DNA from: Ignavibacteriota bacterium | GTDB lineage: Bacteria; Bacteroidota; Ignavibacteria; UBA10030 | Reading direction: 5' to 3' | Assembly: GCA_003142575.1 (NCBI GenBank) | Contig: PLMS01000093.1 | Coordinates: 2,995 to 66,994 of the forward strand | Length of the DNA: 64,000 nucleotides | In this document: positions 50,315 through 60,768 of the stretch, in pieces | Layout of the letters: each line of letters opens with the position of its first letter | How positions within the stretch are numbered: position 1 is the first letter of the stretch | Program-made: the position numbers and the translations under genes | Notes under the pieces: model-generated | Databases searched by the model: none | What the model was told of the DNA's origin: nothing | What the model saw: the letters and a program-made list of their open reading frames with translations, nothing else

Positions 50315-50524
50315 TCAATTCGAAATCTTCCCACCCATTACACCTTGGGCAAACGTGCGGAAACTCCGGTCGTATGTCTGTTCAACACTGTCCGGGAAAC
50401 AGCAAGCGGACAATTCTTGCATGCGCAAATGATACTGTATACATTCACAACACGTTCCCTTGCGTGAACAAGGTTCATAACTGCAATTACATTTCTTCAA
50501 GTTTTTTGGCTTATTGCATTCCAT
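50315..50524 (-). CDS. Small cysteine-rich protein (69 aa) of unknown function.
   Basis: MECNKPKNLKKCNCSYEPCSRKGTCCECIQYH ... ACCFP carries 9 Cys in 69 aa. Starts at the internal ATG of the 117-aa ORF. Confidence 0.5.
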   Translation of the reverse strand: MECNKPKNLKKCNCSYEPCSRKGTCCECIQYHLRMQELSACCFPDSVEQTYDRSFRTFAQGVMGGKISN

Positions 50525-50581
50525 ATTGTGTCCTCGTTTACTATTTCCTCTATGCGTAACCTTCGGAGGTCGCCACAGTAA

Positions 50582-50627
50582 CCTTGTCAAAATTTTCTTG
50601 GTTAAGTTATTGGCAGCTTTGACAAGG
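50582..50627 (-). promoter_or_regulatory. Inverted repeat CCTTGTCAAA-N26-TTTGACAAGG, with a downstream direct repeat AAGGTTAC x2, in the 5' leader of the Cys-rich gene.
   Basis: Perfect 10-bp arms. Position suits an operator or a leader stem. Confidence 0.35.
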
Positions 50628-50630
50628 CTC

Positions 50631-52886
50631 TCAGACGCCTTCTGAAGGTGGCTTTGATTCAAACTCACATCGTTCTATCCATTCTTTTATTTCAATTTTT
50701 AACGAAATAGTCGGAGCAACCGGCAAGGCTTTCTCAAATAATGTTCCTGCTTTCTTCCATTCTTGCATTGAGAAGTACACTCGCCCAAGCCGCTGAAGAT
50801 AAAAGAACTCAAGTGATTTTAAGTTCGAAGAACTCATATGTTCAAAAATACTGCAAGCTTCACTGTATTTCTCTTTGCCTGCGAGTTCACGTGCGAGCAA
50901 GTATCGGGCAAGCGGAGAAGATAATTTTGAAAGTCGATCCATTCGAACCGTATCTTCCATGGAATAAGTGAAATAGACTCGCAGCTCGCTGCGGTCTTGT
51001 TCATTCTTCAATGATTCTAACCGAAGCACACATGCTTCTTCATACCAGGCATTCAGATGAGAACGTGCCATCATTTCATATTCTTGTTTCGCACGAACGA
51101 GTGAATCCATCGCCCAATACGCATCACCGAGCCGGAGATGGATCGGGAGAAGAGCGGAACCGAAGCTCGTGTCGCGCAATTGAGTTTCAACAAAGTCTGC
51201 AGCATCTTTGAATCTCCGCAATTCGAACAATGTTGTAGCTTTTTGGAAAACAGCTTCAGGTGTTTTGCTTAACCTCAGCGATCGCTCTGTCGATGCAAGT
51301 GCTTTTTCAAATTCATGACGAGCTAGAAGTTCTCTTGTTTCCGAGTTGAGATTAGCAATCACTCGTGCACATTCTTTTCCGAAGATCGATAAACGGCGAA
51401 AGAAATATTGAGCTTTGATGCTGTCGTTTGCCGTGAATTGTTGGCGGTGAACGATCGTTCGCCATTCCGTGAGAAGCGAAGGAAGAGTGCGGTTGTATGT
51501 GAGAACAAAATCTCCGGAGAGATAAAGCTTCTTGAACTGATCAATCCCGAACGAATCAATAAGGAATTTGCAGAACGATCCTGCAAGTGCGTAACTCACT
51601 CCTGCATTCACTTTCGCAAATCCAGAGAACGAGAATAATGATTCCATGTCCGGATTGACACCGGCGGCAAAGACTAAAGCAGCGGCGCGGTCGAGCGGTT
51701 CATCGTACAACACATCGTCTCCAACTGCCACCGCGATTCCTTCCACAAGCCCCGAGTTGTGTGAAATCTTGAGAGGCGACCAGCCAAATTCTCCAGCAAG
51801 GATGTGCGCCATTTCATGCTTCAAACCTGCATCCACATCTGTGAGATTAATATGAATCTGCCGCAGCCATGGTTTGGCGATATCCGTATGCCCTGCCCCG
51901 ATAAGCTTTCCTTTCTCCTCGGGTGAGGAATACAAGAAAGAAACAATACGCTCCTGGGTCTGGACATTCAGAGCGTGTGAAAGCTTACTGTAATAGTACT
52001 CGTGCAAGCGTCCCAGTTGCTCGATTTGTTCACGCTGCACAGAACCGGCAGGATAAATGATTTCGAAATGTGTAGTCTGATAATTCCCAACAAGCTTCTG
52101 TTGGATATAGTGTTGAGACGATGAGAATCCGAGCCGATCGCTGAACAACATCATCACAAGAACAATTGGAAGCAGCAATGCAAGTAGTACGATTTCTATG
52201 AAGGGAAAAGATTGATAAGAAGCATCTGTACGTTCTTTCCTGTGAAAACGAATGTGCCAAATCCATACTGCAGAGGTAACGAGACATCCGGATGCGGCAC
52301 ATGTCGCTAATCGGTAAATCAGCAAGCGTTGGGTCACTTGCAGTGTTTCGTCATATGTAAATCCAGGGAAAAAGCCAAGAATTGGATTAAAAGCAAATAT
52401 TTGCGGGCGGAAAAATGTAACAAGCGGAATCTGCAGAAGAACAAGAATGTACAATACTGTAAATATTGTCTTTCGCCATTTTTCGAATACTATTCCGACA
52501 ACCATTGCTAAAGCAACCGAGAAGAGTACACCGGGAACAACAGTAAGAACATAGAGCACCATTCCATCCCCAATAGAACAGTTCTTCACGAAGAGAACAT
52601 TCGCCAGTGAAATAAGAAACGGAATAACAAGAAGGATAAATTGAACGAACGCGATTTCACCGACAAACTGCCAGACATCTGCTTTACATTCGCAGTCGGT
52701 TTGTTTCCAGAGTGAAAGTGTGAGAAGTCCGCCAACAAACCCGGCAAGAACCACGGTGAGCGCAGAGAATTCAAAGCCAAGATAGTTGAAAAGCGGAACG
52801 CGTGTACAAGCAATGGTAAAAAGAATAAAAATAAGTACAGAAATTTGAAATGCACGTGTTTGAATGAATCTTTGGATTCCTATCAT
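50631..52886 (-). CDS. Polytopic membrane protein with a peptidase-MA-like HExxH domain and C-terminal TPR repeats.
   Basis: About 8 N-terminal TM helices. LKHEMAHILAGEFGW ... LVEGIAVAVG resembles Peptidase_MA_2. A TPR-like helical C-terminus. Confidence 0.6.
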   Translation of the reverse strand: MIGIQRFIQTRAFQISVLIFILFTIACTRVPLFNYLGFEFSALTVVLAGFVGGLLTLSLWKQTDCECKADVWQFVGEIAFVQFILLVIPFLISLANVLFVKNCSIGDGMVLYVLTVVPGVLFSVALAMVVGIVFEKWRKTIFTVLYILVLLQIPLVTFFRPQIFAFNPILGFFPGFTYDETLQVTQRLLIYRLATCAASGCLVTSAVWIWHIRFHRKERTDASYQSFPFIEIVLLALLLPIVLVMMLFSDRLGFSSSQHYIQQKLVGNYQTTHFEIIYPAGSVQREQIEQLGRLHEYYYSKLSHALNVQTQERIVSFLYSSPEEKGKLIGAGHTDIAKPWLRQIHINLTDVDAGLKHEMAHILAGEFGWSPLKISHNSGLVEGIAVAVGDDVLYDEPLDRAAALVFAAGVNPDMESLFSFSGFAKVNAGVSYALAGSFCKFLIDSFGIDQFKKLYLSGDFVLTYNRTLPSLLTEWRTIVHRQQFTANDSIKAQYFFRRLSIFGKECARVIANLNSETRELLARHEFEKALASTERSLRLSKTPEAVFQKATTLFELRRFKDAADFVETQLRDTSFGSALLPIHLRLGDAYWAMDSLVRAKQEYEMMARSHLNAWYEEACVLRLESLKNEQDRSELRVYFTYSMEDTVRMDRLSKLSSPLARYLLARELAGKEKYSEACSIFEHMSSSNLKSLEFFYLQRLGRVYFSMQEWKKAGTLFEKALPVAPTISLKIEIKEWIERCEFESKPPSEGV

Positions 52887-52933
52887 TGGAGATATCTCGG
52901 CAAAGGCGAGATACCCTCGCCCTTATGAATAAA

Positions 52934-54205
52934 TTAAAATTCCTCTCCCTTTTCACGAAGGATATCCGCGCCGAGCGCTTGAAGTTTTTTTTCAACAGAT
53001 TCGTATCCGCGGTCGATGTGGTACACACGCAGAACTTCCGTTGTTCCTTCTGCTACAAGACCGGCGAGAATGAGCGACGCGCTTGCGCGCAGATCGGTGG
53101 ACATTACTTTTGCACCTGTCAATTTTTTCACACCTATGACGGTGGCAACATTTTCTTTCAACGTAATATTCGCGCCAAGGCGAATCAATTCCGGCACGTG
53201 TGTAAAACGGTCGAAATAGACTGTATCCTTTACGATACTTGTCCCTTGTGCCAACGACATCAGTGCAATCCATTGCGCCTGCATGTCGGTCGGGAAACCT
53301 GGATAGATTGCTGTCGTCGCATTGACTGCATAGATTTTCTCGGGCGGTGTAAGTTCTATCCAATCGGCACCCGTTCTGATCTTCGCACCGATATCTTCCA
53401 ACTTCACTATAAGCGCACCCATATGGTGCTGATTACATTTCTCCAGACGAATCATTCCTCCTTTTTTTCCTGCCATTGCTCCGGCAATGAGGAATGTACC
53501 GGCTTCGATTCGATCCGAAATAGTTGTAACATCTGCCGGATGCAATTCATCCACACCTTCTATTTCCAAACGGCCTGTACCGATCCCGTGAATCTTCGCT
53601 CCCATCTTCACGAGAAACTCTGACAATTGGACCATCTCCGGTTCCTGCGCTGCATTTTCGATGAGAGTAGTTCCCTTTGCCAGTACAGCTGCCATCATCA
53701 CGTTGCCTGTTGCACCGACACTCGAGACATCAAAAAGAATTCGCGTACCACTGAGACGCTTCGCCTTTGCGATGATATAGCCGGCATCAAGCTCAATCTC
53801 AGCTCCAAGTTTTCGGATACCTTCGATATGCAAGTTCACCGGACGCGGTCCCCACGCACAGCCTCCGGGAAGTGAAACCTTCGCCTGACCAAATCTTGCC
53901 ACTAACGGACCTAATACATAAATAGAAGCCCGCATTTGTTTTACGTGTTCATACGGTGCTTCGTAGCTGTTCATCGTCTTCGTATCAATCGTTAATGTTT
54001 GGTCGACTAATGATACACCTACCCCCATCGTTTCAAGCAAACGTCCCATCGTAAGTATGTCGCGCAAATCCGGAGTATTATGAAGATGATATATTCCATT
54101 CGCCAGAATCGTCGCCGGCATCAGTGCGAGACTTGCATTCTTCGCACCGCCGATCATGACTGTGCCACTGAGGGGCTTTCCGCCATTGATAACGAACTTA
54201 TCCAC
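52934..54205 (-). CDS. murA: UDP-N-acetylglucosamine 1-carboxyvinyltransferase.
   Basis: MDKFVINGGKPLSGTVMIGGAKNASLALM N-terminus, full-length MurA pattern. Confidence 0.95.
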   Translation of the reverse strand: MDKFVINGGKPLSGTVMIGGAKNASLALMPATILANGIYHLHNTPDLRDILTMGRLLETMGVGVSLVDQTLTIDTKTMNSYEAPYEHVKQMRASIYVLGPLVARFGQAKVSLPGGCAWGPRPVNLHIEGIRKLGAEIELDAGYIIAKAKRLSGTRILFDVSSVGATGNVMMAAVLAKGTTLIENAAQEPEMVQLSEFLVKMGAKIHGIGTGRLEIEGVDELHPADVTTISDRIEAGTFLIAGAMAGKKGGMIRLEKCNQHHMGALIVKLEDIGAKIRTGADWIELTPPEKIYAVNATTAIYPGFPTDMQAQWIALMSLAQGTSIVKDTVYFDRFTHVPELIRLGANITLKENVATVIGVKKLTGAKVMSTDLRASASLILAGLVAEGTTEVLRVYHIDRGYESVEKKLQALGADILREKGEEF

Positions 54206-54310
54206 CGCTTGCTCCTTTGTTCATATTTCGGTAGGATTGTATGTATTAACGGAGGCAATATAGTCCATTATGCGAATAAAGGCAAAAACTTATTGAAGTA
54301 TGAGGTGACG

Positions 54311-54844
54311 ATGAACCAACAGACTATATCTAATACACTTACTGTCATTCACAATCGCAAAAGTGTGCGGAATTTTACGGGCGAATCGGTAACTCAAGAC
54401 CAATTAGAAATTCTTTTGAAGGCTGCTATGGCAGCTCCAAGTGCAGTTAATTGTCAGCCGTGGGAATTTATCGTTGTTACCGATAGAAAGACTCTTGATA
54501 CTCTTGCTGATGCACTGCCCTTTGCTAAAATGCTTTTCAAGTCAGGCGCAGCAATTATCGTCTGCGGTATTCCGGCAAAAGCACATAAACAAATGGCCGA
54601 ATACGCTGTCATTGATTCTACATTGGCAAGTGAAAACATACTTCTTGCGGCTGAAGCTTTAGGCCTTGGCGCCATTTGGACTGCGGCATATCCCTATCCC
54701 GACAGAATGGAATCTGTAAGATCAATTTTGAATATTCCGTCAGATGTCATCCCTCTTAATGTCGTCCCCGTCGGTCATCCAACAGGTGAAGATAAACCAA
54801 AGAAAAAATTTGATCCAAAAAAGATTCACTCGGAGACATGGTAG
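54311..54844 (+). CDS. Nitroreductase family protein.
   Basis: HNRKSVRNFTGESVTQDQLEILLKAAMAAPSAVNCQPWEF is an FMN-nitroreductase signature. Internal start with a GAGGTGA ribosome-binding site. Confidence 0.8.
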   Translation: MNQQTISNTLTVIHNRKSVRNFTGESVTQDQLEILLKAAMAAPSAVNCQPWEFIVVTDRKTLDTLADALPFAKMLFKSGAAIIVCGIPAKAHKQMAEYAVIDSTLASENILLAAEALGLGAIWTAAYPYPDRMESVRSILNIPSDVIPLNVVPVGHPTGEDKPKKKFDPKKIHSETW

Positions 54845-54935
54845 AGTTTTGTGTTGTACTTGTCTTTCGTGCGAAAAATAGCTAAATAGTTTTGCAGCAT
54901 GAGTTTTCAGTTCTTTAAAACGAACATAAAATTAA

Positions 54936-56261
<1,326 letters not shown>

Positions 56262-56267
56262 CTGTAT

Positions 56268-57512
56268 TTGTTCGATATGAAAACAGCATCGCTTATCAAA
56301 TCTGCTGCGACCGGTTCTATTCCTCTCTCCGGCAGATTGAAAATTTTCCTGCTGGTGCTCGCCTTTGCAATCATCGCCGCGACATTGTGGTACACCCATG
56401 ACCTTGTGGATGCGCTCAGCAAGAAAGAAAAAGAAGTTGCCGATCTCTATGCCAAGTCGTACGAATATGTTGCTGACGGCAAAACAGGCGATGGTGATTA
56501 CAATTTCCTCTTTTCTGAGATCATCAATACCATTGACTTTCCCGTCGTGATGACAGATCGAAACAACGAACCGGCATATCCTTACAGCGCCAGTATTAAG
56601 AACATCTCTCTGGATTCAACGCGATCACGGGAAGAACAACACCAATTCCTTAAAGACCTCATTGCCGAGATGGACCATTCTCGCCCGCCCATCAAAGTTG
56701 CATATCAAGATACGATCGTTCTCAGTTATCTCCATTATGGCGAGTCGACACTCATTGTTCAGCTCCGTCGGCTTCCCTATATTGAACTTGCTGTTGCGGC
56801 GCTCTTCGTTCTCATCGGCTATATCAGTTTCAGCTATGTCAAACGAAGCGAGCAATCCAACATCTGGGTCGGTATGGCGCGCGAGACGGCACATCAACTC
56901 GGAACACCAATTTCAAGCATGCTCGGCTGGGTGGAATTGTTGAAAGACCAATCGACCGGAGATGCAAAAGCAATGGAGACGCTGCTCGACATGGAGACCG
57001 ATCTCTACCGTCTCCAAAAAATCGCTGATCGGTTTTCGAAGATCGGCTCCAAACCGGATTTACATGAAGAGAATCTTACCGAAGTCATTACTAAAGTGAC
57101 AGAGTATTTCCGACGGCGAATCCCCCAGCTCGGTAAGAAAGTTCATCTTGTTATCGAATCGCCGGGACCGATGTACGCACGCATGAACCGCGAGTTATTT
57201 GAATGGGTCATTGAGAATCTAACGAAGAACGCGCTCGATGCCATTGAGAACGGCGAGGGAACGATCGCCTACTCCATTTCCCAACACAGAAACTACAGCT
57301 TCATCGATATTTCCGATACCGGCAAAGGCATTGACCTCAAACATCGCAATGACGTATTTCGTCCCGGCTTCTCGACGAAGAAACGCGGTTGGGGTTTAGG
57401 CTTAAGTTTATCAAAACGCATCGTCGAGTCGCATCACGGCGGTAAGTTGTTTCTCAAAGAGAGCAAATCCGGATTCAAAACGACATTTCGCATACGGTTG
57501 AATAATACATGA
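56268..57512 (+). CDS. Membrane sensor histidine kinase.
   Basis: Two TM helices. H-box ETAHQLGTPISSMLGW. HATPase ISDTGKGI ... GWGLGLSLSKRIV. Confidence 0.8.
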   Translation: MFDMKTASLIKSAATGSIPLSGRLKIFLLVLAFAIIAATLWYTHDLVDALSKKEKEVADLYAKSYEYVADGKTGDGDYNFLFSEIINTIDFPVVMTDRNNEPAYPYSASIKNISLDSTRSREEQHQFLKDLIAEMDHSRPPIKVAYQDTIVLSYLHYGESTLIVQLRRLPYIELAVAALFVLIGYISFSYVKRSEQSNIWVGMARETAHQLGTPISSMLGWVELLKDQSTGDAKAMETLLDMETDLYRLQKIADRFSKIGSKPDLHEENLTEVITKVTEYFRRRIPQLGKKVHLVIESPGPMYARMNRELFEWVIENLTKNALDAIENGEGTIAYSISQHRNYSFIDISDTGKGIDLKHRNDVFRPGFSTKKRGWGLGLSLSKRIVESHHGGKLFLKESKSGFKTTFRIRLNNT

Positions 57513-57519
57513 GGGATTT

Positions 57520-58404
57520 ATGAAACGTTCTTATCTTTTTATCTTTGTTGTCTTACTCGCATCTTCGCTCTCATTGGCTCAGGTGCAGATCGAAGACGAG
57601 CTGTATTCATCTGTCGTAGGCATTGAAGGCAAAACACATCAAGGACGCTGTGAGTTCATCAAAAATCAATTACATGCTCTCGGTGTTGGGTACGTCGCTG
57701 CGCCGTTTAATCATATTGTCGTCAATAAAAAAGATACAACGATGACCAAAGGTGAAAATATTATCGTTCGGGTCGGAGCAGGGACAAAGCGAATCGTTGT
57801 CGGAGCGCACTACGATGCATTTGGCGAGTCCCCAGGCGCCAATGATAACGGCAGCGGCGTTGCTGTTTTGCTTTCGCTCATTAAACAACTTCAAGATACG
57901 GTGTGGAATTACAGTGTGGATTTTTGTTTCTTCGATCTGGAAGAGGCAGGGCTCCTCGGATCAGATTATTATATCACACAGTTTGTCATCCCTCAGCGTC
58001 ATATTGCGATGATCAATCTCGATATTGAAGGCACAGGTGAGGAAGTGTATGTGGGACCGGTCGGCAGCAATAGTCAAAATATTATGCGTTATGTTCATGA
58101 AGCAGCGAAACAAACAGGGTTCCCGTTCTTTGAGAGCGCGGAGTTCCCCGCTTCGGATCAAGTGTCGTTTGAAAAATCCAATTTGCAAGATATCGCCGTT
58201 TCGATCGTTCCGAAAGGTGACGCCGAGCGTTTAAGTAAGTATGTGCGCAACGGCTACAAAGCCGATTCCATCGATACACCGAAAGTTCTTGGTGTCATGC
58301 ATACATTTGAAGATCGTTCGAGACTTGTCTCTCCTGCATCGCTGAAGATGTCGTATGAATTCACCAAAACTTTGCTGATGCTCCTGAACGAGTCTGGAAG
58401 GTAG
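57520..58404 (+). CDS. M28 family peptidase (aminopeptidase-like), secreted.
   Basis: VGAHYDAFGESPGANDNGSGVAVLLSL is the M28 zinc-ligand motif. Signal peptide. Confidence 0.8.
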   Translation: MKRSYLFIFVVLLASSLSLAQVQIEDELYSSVVGIEGKTHQGRCEFIKNQLHALGVGYVAAPFNHIVVNKKDTTMTKGENIIVRVGAGTKRIVVGAHYDAFGESPGANDNGSGVAVLLSLIKQLQDTVWNYSVDFCFFDLEEAGLLGSDYYITQFVIPQRHIAMINLDIEGTGEEVYVGPVGSNSQNIMRYVHEAAKQTGFPFFESAEFPASDQVSFEKSNLQDIAVSIVPKGDAERLSKYVRNGYKADSIDTPKVLGVMHTFEDRSRLVSPASLKMSYEFTKTLLMLLNESGR

Positions 58405-58952
58405 TTCTGCACGTTGATGAGACTCTCAGCGTAGACTGTGTGACACCTACCGGACAACAACAAGCATCGTCAGGTTTGAATGCACTCATGAAAACATTCG
58501 GGAATGATAAATTTATTTTGTTAAGCGCTGTTCCTACCGTGCGTAACGTCAGTTTGTAAGTCGGACAATTGAAGATATTTATCCTATCATGTATTGATGT
58601 ATGCCAACAAAAATAGAAATTGCCCGTTGCTGCCTCCTTTGATCCATCGAAAACTTTTTACTTAAGATAATTTTGGATCACTTTTTGGGAGACAGGTCAA
58701 TGTTGTTCCAGTCCCAATGTGATCCACCTCTCTTTTTTTGACCAAATATTTCCAAGCCGCGAGGAACAACTCTTGCAGTTGCTATCCGTTTATGAGGCGC
58801 AAAATATGCAGTATGGTGCATTACTTGCACGAGTGAAGAAAGAAGATTCTTCATTTCAAACAGATTTCCTGATTTTCTATGCGGCATATAGATTGCAGTG
58901 TTATTTGTGAAGTAATCCATTTTCATCATAGAACATTATAAATGAGAGAGAA

Positions 58953-59080
58953 ATGAAAAATAAATTCTGTTTTTTTTTCAGCAACCGTATTAACCATCGC
59001 ACTGATTTTCATTCATTCCCTTCTATCGCAAACTGCACCAATACCAGAGTGCACCAAAGAGTACATCGGAATTCTCTGAA
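58953..59080 (+). pseudogene. Remnant N-terminus of a secreted protein, interrupted by a T9 homopolymer.
   Basis: The ATG is followed by a run of 9 T. One T fewer would give MKNKFCFFSATVLTIALIFIHSLLSQTAPIPECTKEYIGIL then a stop. Confidence 0.3.
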
Positions 59081-59275
59081 ATCGAGTAATGGGCATAACG
59101 GTAAATCTCCGTACACAATAAACAAATCCGACGGTAGTTCAGTGAAACTGATGAATCGATTATTAAATAATTTATAAATCGTTATTAAAACATTAGAATT
59201 CCCGGAAATTATTCCTCACCCTATTTTAGATTCTCGAAGTTTCTCACTACTGGCGACAGGAAAACTTAGGGAATC

Positions 59276-59393
59276 TTGTCATGCATACATTGGAAGACCG
59301 TTCGAGACTTATCTCTCCGGCATCGCTGAAGATATCATTTGAATTCACCAAAACTTTGCTGATGCTCCTGAATGAGTCTGGAAGATAGTTCCA
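59276..59393 (+). repeat. Diverged duplicate of the M28 peptidase 3' end (last ~35 codons plus stop), about 880 bp downstream of the intact gene.
   Basis: Hand alignment to ~58291..58408 gives about 9 substitutions, 5 synonymous and 4 conservative (F/L, V/I, M/I, Y/F). Frame and stop are preserved. Confidence 0.7.
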
Positions 59394-59439
59394 TTGATAT
59401 CTGTAACCCTCACCACTTTAAATAGTAGTAATGTTTTAA

Positions 59440-59459
59440 ATCTGGACAAGCCGAGCTTG
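59440..59459 (+). repeat. 20-bp direct repeat DR1, copy a (atctggacaagccgagcttg). Copy b lies at ~61043..61062.
   Basis: Exact 20-mer occurring twice about 1.6 kb apart in the same orientation. Confidence 0.6.
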
Positions 59460-59515
59460 CCTGCCCTGAATTCTTTTTCCGGGGAGCGCTTGGTTAGCCC
59501 GCGGCCTCACAAGAA

Positions 59516-59980
59516 TCACCGTTGCACGAATGCAGACTCCAACGTTTCGAGAACCCTCTCGCGTGTCGGGAATGTCATTATTCCCACCAAGATTAATAAA
59601 ACGGCAGATGCTGCATTCAGCCAATACATCGGATAAAATTCTATTGTCCCGTTCTGAACCCCAATCATACAAATCACGGCTCCGAAGAAGGAAGCTCCTT
59701 CAATTGGCGCCATGAGTAATAGTGAGCTTGCCCGGTATAATCCCACGGCATAAAGAGCTGCCTCTTCCGGTGTTTGAATGTCAGACTGCTCGGTGAGACG
59801 TTCGGGACGCAGCTGAAGGCTTGAGAGATAGAACGCTATTGTGGCCGCTACCAGCGTGAACACAGCATGTGCTACGGAAAGCACATTCATCAACGACATA
59901 TCTTGTTTGCTAAAGCTGTCAGGATTGAACATGGAATATAATAGAAGAACTACGAAGTAGTAGAACGAGATTCCAAGCAT
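59516..59980 (-). CDS. Small 4-TM membrane protein of unknown function.
   Basis: Hydrophobic helices, internal start at MLGISFYYF. Lies in an AT-rich region. Confidence 0.45.
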   Translation of the reverse strand: MLGISFYYFVVLLLYSMFNPDSFSKQDMSLMNVLSVAHAVFTLVAATIAFYLSSLQLRPERLTEQSDIQTPEEAALYAVGLYRASSLLLMAPIEGASFFGAVICMIGVQNGTIEFYPMYWLNAASAVLLILVGIMTFPTRERVLETLESAFVQR

Positions 59981-60105
59981 CAGGGCAATTCTGATGATCA
60001 CAATTACTCGCAATTGTTTCGCTGTCAAGGCTTGTTCAAGATGTATTCGACTGAAATTAATTGAAAAAGTCACAATAATATTCTCTGATATTTTGTTGGA
60101 TAAAT

Positions 60106-60122
60106 GCCGCCGCGCCCTAACG
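60106..60122 (+). repeat. Direct repeat DR2, copy a (cctaacggacggg then ctcc). Copy b lies at ~60815..60834.
   Basis: 13-bp exact core plus flanking similarity. Nested inside the DR1 pair. Confidence 0.5.
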
Positions 60123-60279
60123 GACGGGCTCCCGATAAATCGGGATGCGGTACTGATAATTTTCAATATGTAAATAACGAACCAAGTTCATTGTACCAAC
60201 TTTCAAATTATCTTAAAAGTTTTGGGGCACCATAATGAAAAAGGGCGGTCATCTCTTTATCTCTGAGTGAGACTATTTG

Positions 60280-60768
60280 TTAATGCAATCTGAGAGCGAT
60301 CATCAAGCCGACCAAGGAGGCAATCAATCCAGCAAAAGAGGCGGCAAAGGAAAACATCGCAATAAGAAAATTGAGTTGAGAAGCATAACTATTATACACC
60401 CGTTGGTAATTGACTATCATCGAATCGAATGCATACTTTCCATAGAGCCTGACATCACGGAGGACATCCATATAATGAAAAAAGCTTGTATTAGCATCTA
60501 CCTCTTCTGGGAAATTAAGATTAGGATGAATAGTAAAAACAGAAACCTCCTTATCCCAAAGGAGAAAACGCCCATGAAGTTCTTTGACCTGTTTGCCAAG
60601 TAAGCCAATTTTCTTTCTTTGGCCATATAAAAATAACTCAGGAATATGATAGTCCACAATAAGACGATTAATGCGATCATGCTCAGCCATAATTAAGTTG
60701 TGTTCAGCAAGAAGAGAAAAGTATATCGGATTCTTTTTTCTTTCTATTGCAATGGTGTTTATTTTCAT
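60280..60768 (-). CDS. Hypothetical tail-anchored protein (162 aa, C-terminal TM helix).
   Basis: Soluble N-terminal domain of about 130 aa. C-terminal helix FLIAMFSFAASFAGLIASLVGLMIAL. Confidence 0.45.
   Translation of the reverse strand: MKINTIAIERKKNPIYFSLLAEHNLIMAEHDRINRLIVDYHIPELFLYGQRKKIGLLGKQVKELHGRFLLWDKEVSVFTIHPNLNFPEEVDANTSFFHYMDVLRDVRLYGKYAFDSMIVNYQRVYNSYASQLNFLIAMFSFAASFAGLIASLVGLMIALRLH

Noticed and set aside
52886-53623. 245-aa plus-strand ORF.
   Set aside because: It lies entirely antisense within murA, a confidently identified gene, and has no recognisable motifs.
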